Origin: Camelus dromedarius
Lineage: Eukaryota
NCBI RefSeq assembly: GCF_036321535.1
Contig: NC_087436.1
Location: forward strand, 22,260,001-22,324,000
DNA: 64,000 nt
Reading direction: 5' to 3'
This document shows positions 13,200 to 26,875 of the stretch, one piece after another; the first letter of the stretch is position 1; every line of letters begins with the position of its first letter. Made by a program: the position numbers and the translations under genes. The notes under the pieces were generated by a model. It did not search any database and was not told where the DNA came from. It saw nothing but the letters and a program-made list of their open reading frames with translations.

Positions 13200-14720
13200 A
13201 TTTGAAGATTATTGTCTCCAATTATTCTCTACCCAATTTTCTCCTAAGCCCACTGTAGTCAGCCTTTGGTCCACATAACTTCACTGGAACTGTTTTTATC
13301 AGGATTTCTGTTAAAATTAATGCTCAGTTCTCTGTCTTCATCCTACTTGATCAAGTAATAGGTTTGACATGGTGGTTTTTTCTCTCTTTCGTCACTCAGC
13401 CTCCAGGCCACCACCCTTTTCTGTGATTTCTCCTGCTCTCTGGTTGCCATGTTCCAACCTCCATTACTGATTCAGCATTCTCTTTCTGACGTCTAAATGT
13501 TGAGAGTACCAGGAGTCAGTGCATGGATGTCTACTCTGCTCCCCTGTTGAACAGTCTCATTGCTTTAAATGCCATCCTTTAATTATCCCCCTCCATACCT
13601 ACATCACCTGCCCATCTCTCTTCCCTGAACTTATGTGTGTCTCTCATCACCTCAAATTCTGTTCCTGATGTGCCAATAAAAACTTGCTTTTCCCATAATC
13701 TTCCCCATTTCAGTTTTTATCATTTCCAACTTTTTATTGCTGTGATAAGAAAAAAACATAGCTACCCTTGACTCTTTCTCTCACATCCCACTTTCATTCC
13801 CTCAGAAAACTTCACTGGCTGTATTTTCAAAATGTGTGACCAGTTCTGTCCACCTGTACTGCTACCTCTGTGCAAATCTGTGCTATTGTTGCTTCCAGAT
13901 TATGGCAAAACCTCCTCCCAGTCTCTTTATTTCTGCTCTCAATGTTATTCAGTCTTTTCTCTAAAAAGAACAATTGGCTTTTTAAAACTTTATTTTATTT
14001 ATGTATTTATTTTTGACAGAGGTACTGAGGACGGAACCCAGGACCTCGTGCATGCTGAGCATGTGCTCTACCACTGAGCTATTTCCCTCCACCCACCGTT
14101 CTGTCTTCTTTGATCACAGCAGCCAAGATGACGTTTTAAAGATGAAAACCTAATCATGTCTCTTCTCAAAATCTTCCAATAACCCCCTATCTTTCTTTCT
14201 TTTTTTTTTTTTTTCAGAGTTAAAACCTAAATTCTTACAAAGGCCTCTAAGGCCCCGAATAATCTGGCAAAAAAAATCCGATCTTTTGACTTCTCTCTCC
14301 TCCTCTCTCGCCCTAACTTGCTTCATTCTGCCCCACACTGACCTCTTGCTATTTCTTAGAACCTTGTCATTGGCTGTTTCCTCTGCCTTAAATGCTTTCC
14401 CCCATATGGTTGCTCACTCACCTCCTTTGAAGTCTTTCTCCAAATGTCACTTTCTCAATAAGACTTTTTTGACCACTGTCTTTAAAATTGCAGCCCCAAT
14501 GCCCAGGTCCACATCTCACTTTATTTTTCTGCATGACATCTGTCACCAGGTAGAATACAGTATGTCACACACCTTGCTTGGCTGTATCTCCTCCCCAGAA
14601 TGTGTGCTCCATGAGGACAAGTCTTCTTGTTCATTTGTTAACTTTATACTCCAACTACCAAAAACATTGTCTAGCACATACATTATACTCTATAAATATT
14701 TGTTGAATGAATGAATGGAA
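13200..14720 (+). mobile_element. L2 3' region, interrupted by a SINE
   Basis: Pyrimidine-rich L2 body ending in the canonical 'taaatatttgttgaatgaatgaatg'. Confidence 0.85.
13978..14094 (-). mobile_element. Vic-1-like tRNA-derived SINE inserted in L2
   Basis: Reverse complement of the 4625 element ('gaacccaggacctcgtgcatgctgagcatgtgctctaccactgagcta') with T-rich tail. Confidence 0.88.
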
Positions 14721-14917
14721 TAAATGGGATAAATTGGGTTATTTAGTTGGATGTTTTGAAGAATCAGAGAACAATTGGATCTTGGAAATAATCTAATCTA
14801 AACTATTCCAGAAAACACTCTTTCTGCTAATAATTGTTGGAGAATAAAAGAATTCTATCGTCAAATGATTTTGGAATTGACGTTATCACACTGAAAGTTT
14901 TCAGAAGGTCTATTGTG

Positions 14918-15135
14918 CAGCCATCAACTGTTTAATGTAAAGGATCAGAAAGTAGATACTTCAGACTTTGCAGGCCATGTGATCTGTCACAACTCTTTGA
15001 CTCAGCCATTGTAGTGCAAAATAAACCATAGGCGATATGTAAATTAATGTACTTGGCTGAACTCTAATGAACCTGTGTTTATAAAAACACAGAATTGGCT
15101 GGGTTTAGCCTGCCAGCCATAGTTTGCCAACCCTA
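14918..15135. mobile_element. MER58A-like hAT-Charlie element
   Basis: 'tgtaaaggatcagaaagtagatacttcagactttgcaggcca...gccatagtttgccaaccct'. Confidence 0.85.
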
Positions 15136-15289
15136 ATCTATAGTGTCTGCACCTATTTAATTTTATTTAAAATAGCATTTTGATTGCGTAATAGGACCAC
15201 CACACACACACACAAAAACGCACGAAATATTCATGAGCGTCTTACTAAATAAGTGTTCCTCAGGACATTGCTTAAGAAATACTGATCTA

Positions 15290-15430
15290 GTTTAACCCTA
15301 TCATTTATTATGAGGGGTTGGGATTCAGGATAGATTCTGTTAAGTTCACACACCTAGCTGATGGGAGAACAGGGCTAAATTCTATGATTTTTTTGACTCC
15401 CAGTTCAGTGTTCTTATCACTTCACCACTG
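15290..15430 (-). mobile_element. MIR SINE fragment
   Basis: 'ttcacacacctagctgatgggagaacagggcta...tgactcccagttcagtgttctt'. Confidence 0.6.
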
Positions 15431-17460
15431 CTATTCTTCCATGGCTGTCTATGGGCTTCTGCTCTTCTAAATTTAAAATTGTAGATTTAAAAATACTAGA
15501 GTATTTCCAGCAGCAGACTTTGATTTTTCTGTTTATAATTTCTACATTTTTATAATTACAAATTTATTTTCAATTCATTGCATAAAAAACTCAGATGCAC
15601 TTACCTCTTGAAATTTTTAATACTGGTAAAGATTAAAAATACTTTATTTAATTGTGATGTCTTTTGAAGCACTCCTGTGTCTTTTTGAAAAGAAGAGTGA
15701 TACAAAACAATACTCAATTTTAATTTTCTATGGTTGCATAAAACCACAGGCAGAGTCTTTTAGTGCCCATTAACTTGTGGTCTGGATCAGAGCAGCAAAT
15801 ACAAACACTGCAAGTAACAAAGATACATACACGTACTCAAATACACACATACAAATGGCCACCTCCTTGTTCAACTCAGCATTGATCCCTGCATCTTCCA
15901 TGTTATTACATGGTCCTCACAAATTAGACACATCAGTTATTTTGGTTAGCCCTGTTCTCAAATTTGTGTGGGTCAAGACTCAGATTTTTAGCCATCCTTA
16001 CATTTTTGTACATTCTTTCCTTCTCACTGGGGCTCTCCTTGCTTCAGACTTCACTTATTAAAGATTGGCTGGACTCCCAGTAAACCAGTCTAATAAGTCT
16101 GCCCAAAATGCCATAAAATCAAAAGATAGGAATTCAACTGGAAGTTCACTTGGGTGAATGACTTGATGCTGTGAATGCCTCCACTTGATTATCAGCTAAC
16201 TGAGAATAATTAATATGTATATACCTGCACTTGAAAGTACGTTCTGCCATTATCTCACCAGAGAAAGGATGTTAATATTTCCAGTGCCAGTTTCTGTGAT
16301 GAGAAGGTGTCACACCCACACTGCACTTACAAATGTTAGCAAGATGGAGAAGACAATGATTATGTGCACTTTGAGCTTCTCAAGAGAGTTCTATTTCTCC
16401 TGTATACAAACTTATTATTGATCCAGTTAAATTTGATTGTAAAGCTCTTCCTACCATTTGAACTAACTTGCCTCTCCTCCATTCAGTAGCCTCTTTTCTT
16501 CTCAGTCATGTCTGTAATCCTTCAAATAGCTATCTATAGTAACCTTATTGAACTTTTTTCATATTCTCTGCTTTTCTGGTAATCTTTTGAGAAAAGCACA
16601 TTTTTCATTTTGGAACTCATCACTGTTAGGATAAGATCATCGCCCCCACAGTGAGAAGGGAGGTGGGTGTTAGAAATCTTAGGACTCATCTTCCCTTTGG
16701 AGATAAATATCTGAATTTGACCTGAATTAATACCAGTATCTTGAGGAGAGCAAAACTTACATTTTTGAGAGTCACCTACCGACAGTTTATCTCCTTACCC
16801 TTGACATGACTCTAAATTGTTTGAAGATTCTAAAATTAAATCATGAATGCTTCTTAAAAAAATAGGAAAAAGGTTAATATTTTATAATTCTACGCTTCTC
16901 TCTACAATCCAAGTCTCATGGCCTTCAATGTGCAATAGTGAGTGAGGAAATTCTAAATGAATTGTTAAAACATGGCTTTTAATTTATTTGAACAATTAGT
17001 TTTGAAGTTTGTCTTTTCCTTTGCTCTGAGTGATGCAACCTTGAAATTTACATAAGAAGAAACAATGAAAATGTGTAGGTCAAAAATATTATTCAGCTCT
17101 GATCAGGTTGGGAGTTTGATAATTGATTTCTTATATTGCCTTTTTCAAAAACTGGATATTAGAAATACAATTTAAGTAAAGCTGGTTTCAGTGGGGCTTT
17201 TTCTTTTATAATTTTCAAGATTTTACAGCCTCTAAAAGAGCATAATTTCCAATTTTAAGACATCTCAATGGCTTTCACCTAATTGTATTTGCTTGCTAGT
17301 ACATTTAGCTATTATTGTTTCAGAATTAATTATAGAAAAATTTGGTATTACAGCATATAGTACTAACTGGAGTGGACTGTGAAATCATTGTTCTTCAAAT
17401 GTTCATTTTTTTCTTACTTAAGAGCACAGTCCCTTCTAAGGTGTTTTTACTGTAGTTGTT

Positions 17461-18021
17461 CTGGTAATTTATTGCTAAGTAATAAATTATCCCATCTTTA
17501 CTGATATAAAGTCAGAATCATTTTATTCGTGCTCACAGATCCTGTGGGTTAGGTATTCATACAGGGTGGGTGGAGATGGTTTCTCTCCACTCCATGATAT
17601 CTGGGACCTGAGCTGAAAAGAAGAATGGCTGGGGCCCCTTAGGTGACTGGAGTCATCTTCAGCCTTCTGCACTCACGTTCTGTCATCTGGACTAGGATGA
17701 CTCAAAGGCTGGGCTCAGCTGAAGCTGCTGACTGGAGTAACTAAATGGGATCCTCCATGTGACATAGGCTTCTCCTAGCATAGTGCCTCAGCTCTTAGAA
17801 GATTCCTGAAAAGGAATACAGAGAGCAAAATTCCAGGAGAATAAGGCAGGAGCTACATACTTTTATGACCCGGCATCTGAAGTCACATAGCATCATCTGT
17901 GCCATATTCTATTAGTCAAGACAGTTGCAAGCCCACCCAGCTTCCAGATGAAGGTACAAAAATTCCATCTCTCAGTAGAAGGAGGGTCAAAGAACGTGGG
18001 GCCCTGTTTTAAAACCATCAC
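17461..18021 (-). mobile_element. MaLR LTR (MLT1G/H-like)
   Basis: 'tattgctaagtaataaattatccc...gctcacagatcctgtgggttagg...ctgaagtcacatagcatcatctgtgccatattctattagtca'. Confidence 0.8.
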
Positions 18022-18140
18022 TGTAGAAGTGACTGATGTGCTGCTTTCCATAAATACTCTTCCTTGTCATTTTCTCATCTCTAAAACAACAGGACACATT
18101 TGCACTATGGCTGGTCAATGTTAAAAGCGCCTGTATAACC

Positions 18141-18690
18141 ATGTATTTGCCTTAGAATGCTTTTGGTTGCAAGTGACAGTAACCCTCATTCAAACAGGCA
18201 TTGTTTAACAAAACTGGACATTTCAGTGGCAAGGCAGGCCACCCTTTAAGAGAGGGTTGGTTCAGTGGCTTAGCAGTACCAAAGGACACTTCTCTGTCCT
18301 GTTTCACCACTGTGTCACTTTTATTGTTGACTTTATCCTACATCTAGTCCCTTTGTGATGAAGGGATTGCTGGCATGAGCAATTATTCCCACTCTCAACT
18401 GTATGCTCGGACAAAGCTAAAGAGAGCTTTCCTTCCCTCTTCCCCTTTATAGAGTCCTGAGCTTCACTCAGGAGGAACAGCATAGATCACTTACATAACC
18501 CTGAAACAATTTCTGAGGTCAGAGTCAAACTGATTGGCTTAGATTTAGGTTTTCTTCCTTGAACTCATCCTAATTTCAAAGGGGACGGGAATATACCAGT
18601 TGACTTCGGTGTGACTGATCTCTGTAAATGTTGTGCCTGCAACTTAGGGGAAGATGGGTGGAACAGGTGACGGGAAGGCAGCTGTAATTT
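18141..18690 (-). mobile_element. MaLR LTR (MLT1K/J-like)
   Basis: 'ttagaatgcttttggttgcaagtgacagtaaccctcattcaaacaggc' start and 'ctgattggcttagattta' core. Confidence 0.7.
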
Positions 18691-19199
18691 TCATTTTATG
18701 CTGGAACATTCTCTAACTGCATAAAATCATTTGACCAGGAGGTGATGAAGCTGTTGCCTTGGCCTCCTTAGCATCACAGCTCAGTGAGCTGAGAGCACGT
18801 AGAAGCACATGGTCCCACTCCTGTTCACTTGTCAGACCCTCCCTGCCTTTGAGTCACATCAATGTCATGTTCAGAACTGCTGTTAAAGAAATCCCATTTG
18901 ACAAAGCAAGGAAAAACAGACACTACAAAGGGACTTTGAACTTGGCTCTTCTGATCCATTGGGGAGTGGCAAGAGGATAGTCACCGGCTTTGTGAATGTT
19001 TGAGGTCACGATCGTCTATGCATCTGTCTGTGAGAGCCTATTTCTTACTTTGGGTAAATTCAGGCTTTTGTCTAAGAAAATAGGCTTCCTATCTGAGGCT
19101 ATGTACACTTCCTTAGGACGAATGTCTGCCTCTGTTTTTCAGAGTTGACACAGAATTTAATAATGTGGCCTCTTCTGCCAAGACTTTTATTAATTGTTT

Positions 19200-19360
19200 T
19201 CCACTACAAGTCGATGAAGCGTGTCATGGTCATTGTCCTCACTTTGCAGTTGAAAAACTAAGGACAGAGGGTTAAGCAATCGCCTATGACCACACGTCAA
19301 AGCAGGGATGGAGTTAGCGTTAGAAGCCATTTTCCTGGAATCTTGGCTCAGTGCTTTCTT
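19200..19360 (-). mobile_element. MIR SINE fragment
   Basis: MIR core 'ctcactttgcagttgaaaaactaaggacagagggttaagcaatcgcctatgaccacac'. Confidence 0.7.
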
Positions 19361-19364
19361 TAAA

Positions 19365-19761
19365 AAGAATATTGAATGTTTCAAACAAAAAGAAGGAGCA
19401 GATCATAAAGTACAAACACTGGGGACCCCATCACTCAGTCTCAGAAATTTTGTAAGAAACAACTATTTATAGACAGAGTAGAAGCCCCCTTTGTACCTTT
19501 TATGGTTCCTATCCCTCACCTTCCCTTCTCTGAGAAAATCAGTACCTTGAATTTGGTGCTTTATGTTCTCATACATATTTTTCCTGCATAGGTATGTATC
19601 CATAAAAATGTGGTACAGTTTTGTACATTTAACTTTATATTGCTGCTATTATCTTGTATGAATCTTTTTTTTTTTTTTGCTCCATAGTTTTTAGTATATA
19701 TCTGTTGATATATACAGCACGTTTATTCATTTGGCCTATTATATAATATTTCTTGTCAGGG

Positions 19762-19816
<55 letters not shown>

Positions 19817-19970
19817 TATATATACACACACACACACATACATACACATACACACACACGCACACACACACACATATACCTGACAGTTTTTCTTTTCTCT
19901 TTATGATCATTTAAATTTCTTGCTGCTGTTTAATTATAAGCGATAGGGCAATGAACATTCTTATACCTTT
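19365..19970 (-). mobile_element. Old L1 (L1ME-like) 3' fragment
   Basis: 'cagtaccttgaatttggtgctttatgttctcatacat...gcaatgaacattctt'. Confidence 0.6.
19762..19878. repeat. Compound (TA)n(CA)n microsatellite
   Basis: Directly visible. Confidence 0.95.
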
Positions 19971-20851
19971 CAACTTCTGGTTACTTTCTTGAACTCCACC
20001 TGAAAAAAAAAGAATGCTCTTATGGAGGTTGGTATAGAGAGTCAATTGTTCTGTCTAAATTTGGTGCTAGAGAAGTGCCGGAGTGAGTAGCAAAAGCAAG
20101 ATTTATTGGCTTTATTTACATTGTAGGAAACTCATTCTAAGTCTAAAGCCATGTTCCTTGTATGCCATGATTTTCAGTTGGTATATCAGGATCGATCATT
20201 ATATCTTGAAATTTCACCTAGTAATGCACAGTAATAGTCTTTATTAATGCTACTACTTTCCAGAACTGGACCTGAATTTCTACAGCCTGCAGGATTTTTG
20301 TCAGGTTGAAAACAATTGGCAGCAGCCAGGGTGTTGGACTGATAGGGGTGTGCTCTGAATAAGCAAGTTCCATCATTACAAAAATAGAAGCAGTGGCTGA
20401 AATTTTAAAAACATCAAGATGACCTTCTTCTAAAAAGCATGCCATAGGGAGAAGGGGTGAAATTTCTGTCGGATATCATTTCTGTGTATCTGATAGCACT
20501 ATCTTTATGGGGTAGAAATGTGCAAAAGATGGCCATTTGCTCAACTTATTTTTAGGAACCTTATAGTCTGTTTTAAATGGCTGTTTAAAAAATCTCCATC
20601 TCAACTATGAAACTAAATTACTTTGAAAATTTATTATGCTTTGTTCTGGAGTCTCAGAATTTTCAAGAAGCTGGTCCACTGTGTTAATACTAGATTGCTT
20701 TTTTGTACCACCAGTTGTGAAGACGCTAACGCAGATTTGAGGGAAATTACTGGCATAGGAGTTGGGAGACTGGATTTTTGACTTGACTCCCTCTGACTGT
20801 GAACCTTGTGAAAAAGTCACCTAAGCAACTTGGCCATGGAGTTGCCCTTAA

Positions 20852-21103
20852 TCAGTGCTTTGCAAGTTTTTTGTGTTGACCTTATAGGTGTGAAATCAAT
20901 TTGGTGGGTTGGGACCAACACTCAAAAGAAAGCTTGATGGAATAGAACAAAATATATTCAGGGTGCAGTGTACTCTCTAAGGGTAAATATTATTTTATAA
21001 AAGTGTTGTTGCAGAAGGGTGAATGTGTATGCACACCTGCTGTGGGACATTAAAGAAAGTAAAATTCTTATTCTGTATTGCTTTAAAAAAATGTTTGAAA
21101 GTG
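20852..21103. mobile_element. Charlie4-like hAT DNA transposon relic
   Basis: 'cagtgctttgcaag...tgtgaaatcaatttggtgggttgggaccaaca...aaaaatgtttgaaag'. Confidence 0.6.
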
Positions 21104-23070
21104 TTTTGTACGAGGTGACTTCAGAAAGTGTCTTGAGGGCCTCTCAGAAATGATATTGTCCATATTTAAAATTTACCAGGTGCTTCCATTTTTGAGGATG
21201 AAGCTCAGATATCCCAGAATAGCAGAACAGGCCCTTCCTAATTCTTGCCTCTGGGACCATGCCCTCCAAGGACATGGTGAACTGCAAGCTCCCTGCTTCT
21301 ACAGTACTGCCTCGTCAGTCCATGTCTTTGCTGACATGTTTCTTTTGGCCTCAAATGCTCTCTGTAGACAAAGCATTACCTTTAATAGAAACCTTTCCAC
21401 ATCCAACCATTCTTTAGAAAACTGACCAATCCTTTTCTTAGGCCCCCATACCTGTACTGGCTTGTATCATAGTCCACAGTACACTTTACTGCAGTTAATA
21501 ATGGTTTAAAAATCGATCCCACCCTACTAGACTGTGGAGACCTAGAGAGCAGGTCTTTGTTTTTTTCCCTTTTGTTAAACATATTTACTCTGTTCTCCCT
21601 TGCTCTTAAAACCACTGTATTATTTTAAAACAATACATATGTATTTTAAAGGTCCCAAATGACATAAAAAATGCAGTTGAAAAATCACCCTAAATCCCAA
21701 CAACCTAAAGATGGACACTGTTAGTATCTAAACGGATATCTAGCTCTGCCTACATTCAAATAGAAAGAGAGGTAAACATGTACACACGTGCACACTCACA
21801 TGTTACACAGATTCATTTACTAATATGACCATTTTTTCCTTTCAGCAATGTCAAGGGCACTTTCTGTATTAATAACATATTTGTACACAATTTAAAATTG
21901 CTGCTTAGAGTTCTAATTCAGGGACTGTTTCGGGTTTTGCTTTGGTTGCCATTTATGAACATTAGGAGCAGTGCTGGTAGACCTGACTTACTTCTCGTGT
22001 GCTCCAAGTATCAATTAGAAGACACCCTTGTTGTCCTTACTTTCTTTGATGAGCTGTAGCGTCTTGAGTTGGTTTTGCAACTCTCTTCAAGGCATTCTCC
22101 ATTATACCGCCTTCCCTTTATTCTTGGGCCATGTCCTGTTAAAATCTCTCTGTATTAGATAGTCTCCTACCTAGCAATGCGATATCTTTAGTCAAAGCTT
22201 CTCTTTCTTAAGAGAGTCATTTATAGTTAACATATTAAGGATTTGATTTTTGACAGTTTTCCCATTTCGGAACCAATAAAGTGGAATCATGCATATATTT
22301 GTATGAACATTTTGAATCTCACCTTCCTAATACAGGGTATGAATCTAGATTGTACCTGACTTTCTTCTAGTCTGTGGTCATGGAATTCAAGATGATAGAT
22401 GATTGTTTTCTATGGACAGTTCCGTTTTACCAATCACGTCCACTCTTTCGAAGATACAGATTGCTAGTACAGTTTACTAGGATATTTCCTCTACTCTTTG
22501 GAGCTAAAGTCAAGAACTACTCAGAAATATTATTTTAATAAAGTTAAACATCTGGTACAATTTTGGAAGGTGCCAAGCTTCATTATGATTAAAGCTTATT
22601 TGTGTAATTTTTTGTGATCTGATTCAGGAATGTATCATGGATTTATTTCTTCAGTGTGCCTGGATACCCTAGATGTAGTTCATACTGTTCTTATGTATTT
22701 TCTCCTGTTTTTAGCCTCAAATAAAGCTCTGAGGAATTCTTCATCCCTCAGTTTATGGATTCCACAGTAGAGTGTATTTTCATACCATACGGTGCTGTTG
22801 CAACTACTCTCTTACAAAGGCTTTTTGTTTTCATCACTGTATTCTAGTCTTGAATTCCATCTCACCGAGTCTCAGAGACACTTGTGTCATAATGTGCATT
22901 GCCTTAGATTTTAATATAAACCATATGACATTTGTTACCCAAGCTCTAGTTATTAGTATGTAGAGATCTGGGCAGTCAGTCATTGCCTGCTCCCTCCCCA
23001 GTTGTCTTATATAATTAACTATCGCCTCTTGTGTTGTTCCTCTTTCCATCCATACCCGTGCTTCTTAACC

Positions 23071-23267
23071 GAAGTTATTCGCAACCAGGATAGATTTTGC
23101 CCTTAAGGAACACTTGGCAACAACTGGAGATATTTTTGGTTGTCACAGCGAGAAGGCTTCTAAATGATGCTCCTTAACGTCCTACAATGCAGAACATAGG
23201 CCCACTCCCCACAACAAAATGTTATCCAGCCCAAAATGTCAGTATTGTCTAGATTGAGGAATCTTGC
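23071..23267. mobile_element. MER20 hAT-Charlie element
   Basis: 'gattttgccc...ctggagatatttttggttgtcaca...ccacaacaaaatgttatccagcccaaaatgtcagta'. Confidence 0.85.
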
Positions 23268-23650
23268 TCTATAGAAGCTGACTTCATGTGTTTTAGCTGA
23301 ACTTTCAAATTCCACGTCTGAGATATTCAGTTTGATAGAGTCCCACGATTCAGACTAGCTGCTCAGTAGGAAAAAGTGGAAAGTTGTATTTCACGTTGTA
23401 CACTTTGGTTGAAGTGAGGCAGCTATCGTCGTGAAAGACGTTTCCCTTCTTAGTATTTTATGACCAAGTGGCATCACCACAGTTACACACCACAGGGAAT
23501 AAGGGGGACTGAGGCATATTTCTAAGTGGAGAGTAAAACTGGAAGGATTAATAAGTGTGATTATCCTCAGATACTCTCTGCTCCAACTGGCATTTGTTGT
23601 TGCAGAAATTGCATTTGCAAACATTAAAGAAAACTCCATGGGCTGCTTAG

Positions 23651-23657
23651 TACTAAC
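23651..23657 (+). promoter_or_regulatory. Branch point TACTAAC of the intron preceding exon 23702
   Basis: Perfect U2-complementary heptamer directly upstream of the polypyrimidine tract, with no AG between it and the acceptor. Confidence 0.75.
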
Positions 23658-23701
23658 ATGGTTTCCTTTTTTTTTTTTTCCTCTGTTCTTTTTTTTTTCA
23701 G

Positions 23702-23814
23702 ACATTTCACATTTTCAAGAACAAAATGATTTAAAAGGATTATTAGAAAATCTCCATCAAAATATCCAAGCCAAAAAGAGGAAGAATGTAGAAATTATGT
23801 GGCTGGCTGCAACG
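23702..23814 (+). CDS. INPP4B: INPP4B internal coding exon (113 nt): (Y)[37 protein letters not shown]
   Basis: Long U-rich tract and CAG acceptor ending 23701; donor ACG|GTGAGC; in frame within ORF 23557..23850. Confidence 0.97.
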
Positions 23815-25514
23815 GTGAGCCCTCTCCCATCTTGTTCCCTGTCACCTTAATGATCAGTGAGCACTACTGGGTCTCTGCTATGTAGAGACTTGACCGCTGC
23901 ACTTTGGGTTACCAGATGTCACTCTCCATTATCCAGGAAATTGGGCATCTAGTCTGTCAATAGACTAGAATACAAGATGGAAGAAGATAAATTCAACTAG
24001 AAAGAATCTTACTCATTGGCTTTTCTTATAAATTCAGGATGTGTTTGATACTTTGAGGTTAAAATTAAGTCTCAGTGATTTTCTTGATCTCACATGTTGC
24101 AATGTCAATCACTGGTATCAGTCAGGATTTGGAAGTGCTGCTCTACAGACATGTGGTTTCAAAGAATGTGGTTATGAGATCTCAGACTCACAGCCTCAGT
24201 CAGGCTCCTGGACATATTGTTAAATTAATGAGCTTGTAAATGCATTGGTTACTTTAGATATTGGCATAGAGTTTATCCCTGATGGATTGCTCTTGGGGTA
24301 ATGAGCTATATTTTGTATGATTCTTTCTCATTTAATGGCTCTCTCAAGGTAGACAATCTACCTGCTTTCCCACTTCAGGTTTCTATAAGATTGAAAGAGA
24401 AAAATTTTGCCTGTAGTTTTCTAAGCTCTTGTCTGGCAACTGTTCAGGAATAGCTCACATGAACTTACGAATTTTGTTAAACATTCAGACCCAGAGATCC
24501 TTTCACTAGGAAAGGATCTTTTCATCAGGAAAGGCACACATTGGATATCTTTATGATGAGTGCCGTATTTGTAGTTACTGCCCCATGTTGCTCATGTAAT
24601 TTGGAGTTCACAGTGGAGCTTCTCACATATTCTGTTCATTCTCTATCAATAGTGTTTAAAACAAAACCTTCCCCTCTACTGCCAGCCCTTCAGTTGTAAT
24701 CCAATATGACTTACTCTCTTCTGGGAAAAGAAATGGATAATTTACCATGAGTCTATATAAAATAATTTACCAAGAGCAAGGCAGAGGAAAGCTACTTCAG
24801 TTTCCCTTCATGCCCTCTTGGAGCCCCAGGGAAGAACATCAAAGGTAACAGCATGAAACATTGCTTTCAGACAGCTCATTTACACTGGTCCCACTTAGCA
24901 CCATACTGCATTACATGAAGGTTATTTATAATAGTTCTTTCTCCAGTGTGGCAGCCCTTTATATTTTCAAGATTTGCTATGGTTGCTAATTCTCACAAAA
25001 AATTTCACAAAGGTAGGTTGTAAGTTATTTTTGCTACATTGCTAATAACATGATAGCACAAAAGTAGTTGGATCATTTACCAAGGCTATCTGACAGCTTA
25101 GGAAAGTAGACATATGCTGTTATATACATATCATATGATTATGTAAATTGGTAAATGAAGGATGCACAGGGGTAACCACAAATGAATATTTTCTCTAGTC
25201 TATATAGTTATTCCCTTTTGAACATATAAAAATTTTTCCCGGAAATTTCTGAAAGTTTTTTTGAAATATATATTTCAACCAAGTAAGTATGGCTTACTCA
25301 CAGCTTACTATTGAATGCATAATTGCCTGCCTTGATAAACATACAGCACTTACAGTGTACAATTTTGGCTTTCTGTAGTAATATTGATTATTATTATTAA
25401 TACCATGTCTGTAAGCTAATACATGAGTCTTGGTATCCTTTTTGTAAACCAAGGACGTTAATAATACTGTTAAAAATGAAGAAATATAGAAATTCCCTTT
25501 GACGTTTTCCAAAA

Positions 25515-25706
25515 CTCTTTTTAAAAAAATTTTTTTTAATCAGTTGCTGTTCCTTTTTTTTCTTTTGTTTAGGTTTTTTTTGTGGGGGAGGGGTAGGTAA
25601 TTAGGTTTTATTTATTTATTTTAGTGGAGGTACCGGGGATTGAACCCAAAGCCTCATGCACACTAAGCATGCACTCTACCACTTGAGCTATACCCTCCCC
25701 TACCCC
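25515..25706 (-). mobile_element. Vic-1-like tRNA-derived SINE
   Basis: 'ggaggtaccggggattgaaccc...agcatgcactctaccacttgagctataccctcccc' plus the 'gggggaggggtaggtaattaggtttt' tail motif related to the 4625 copy. Confidence 0.88.
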
Positions 25707-26679
25707 AGAAAACTTTTATTTCTGTCTCTATTTAATTTTCCTCTCTTCTTTAAATCTGTTAATGAAATACTGCTTTTGTTAATATCTTACATTTTAATTG
25801 AAAAATGGAAGGCTGTTTGGTTTTTATCTTGAATGAATTTAAACAAATAAAAGTGAGAATTTCAAAAGACCAAATGCCAATCAGGTATGTTAAATTAAGC
25901 TCATATAGTTCAAAACGAGTTGTAGAAATACAGAAACCAGGACCCCACCTATTTGCTGTAATGGAATTGCCCTTGCTTTTTTTTTATTTTAAATTTGTAA
26001 CATGAAATATCTTTGCAGGATGGTTGCATATAATTGTGACCATACATTTCAAAGAATATCCATTCTTTTTACATTTCATTTCTTGTAAGTGGCCTTTGAG
26101 GTCTATATTTTATTACTATAAATATAGTCAAGCCTTTGTTATTTTATATTAAATTTTGAAATACTGTTTATTTGAAAGCATTAGAGTTTCATAGAGGAAA
26201 AAATATAATATGGTGAAATCATGCTCTCATATGTCTTTAATCATTTACATTGGAAATAGTGAAAAAGTACCTTAGGTCTAATAAGGACTTGAAAAGCCTA
26301 AGGTAAGTATCAAAATCACAATTAAATCATGGTTAAAAACCCTTGATAAACTGTATTATTATATTCTCTCTTCAAAGCAGGCAAGTGTTAAGTCCTCCTT
26401 GTTGGCAGATAATAAAGCAGGTCTTATGATATCATATTAGATGGATTTTAAGTGCATGTTGATTAACATTGTTGATGCTAAAGATGCTTATTGGTATCTC
26501 ATATCAGAGCATTACTATGGGCTTGGGAAAAGAATGGAATGATTCACCTGTTAACCATAAAGCAGTGAGACCGTAAATTATTGCCACTCAGAGATTCTTC
26601 TCCTGGCTTACATCAGAATAACAAAAAGAAGTAATTACAGAGAGAAACAGAAAAGGACCAGATGTTAAAGACTTGATCC

Positions 26680-26875
26680 TTGTTAGGTAGACTTATATTA
26701 GCATCCTGGCTCTGCTCTGTTGTGCACAAGTCACTTAACCTATCCAAACCTCCATTTCCTCATCCGTAAAATGAGATTAATATACCTTCCTCCAGGGTTC
26801 ATGTGCAATTAAATTAAAAAAGCAAATCTATATGACATTTATTAGCATTGTACAGTAGATATGCAATTAACATTG
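26680..26875 (+). mobile_element. MIR SINE
   Basis: 'caagtcacttaacct...catttcctcatccgtaaaatgag'. Confidence 0.75.

Noticed and set aside
14286..14714. 142-aa ORF
   Set aside because: Within the decayed L2 3' region; no reverse-transcriptase motifs.
19635..19910. Low-complexity ORFs (also 11098, 29151, 52283, 60364)
   Set aside because: Translations of CA, TA or GATA microsatellites.
23557..23850. 97-aa ORF as a stand-alone gene
   Set aside because: Only 23702-23814 is coding; the Phe run is the translated polypyrimidine tract.
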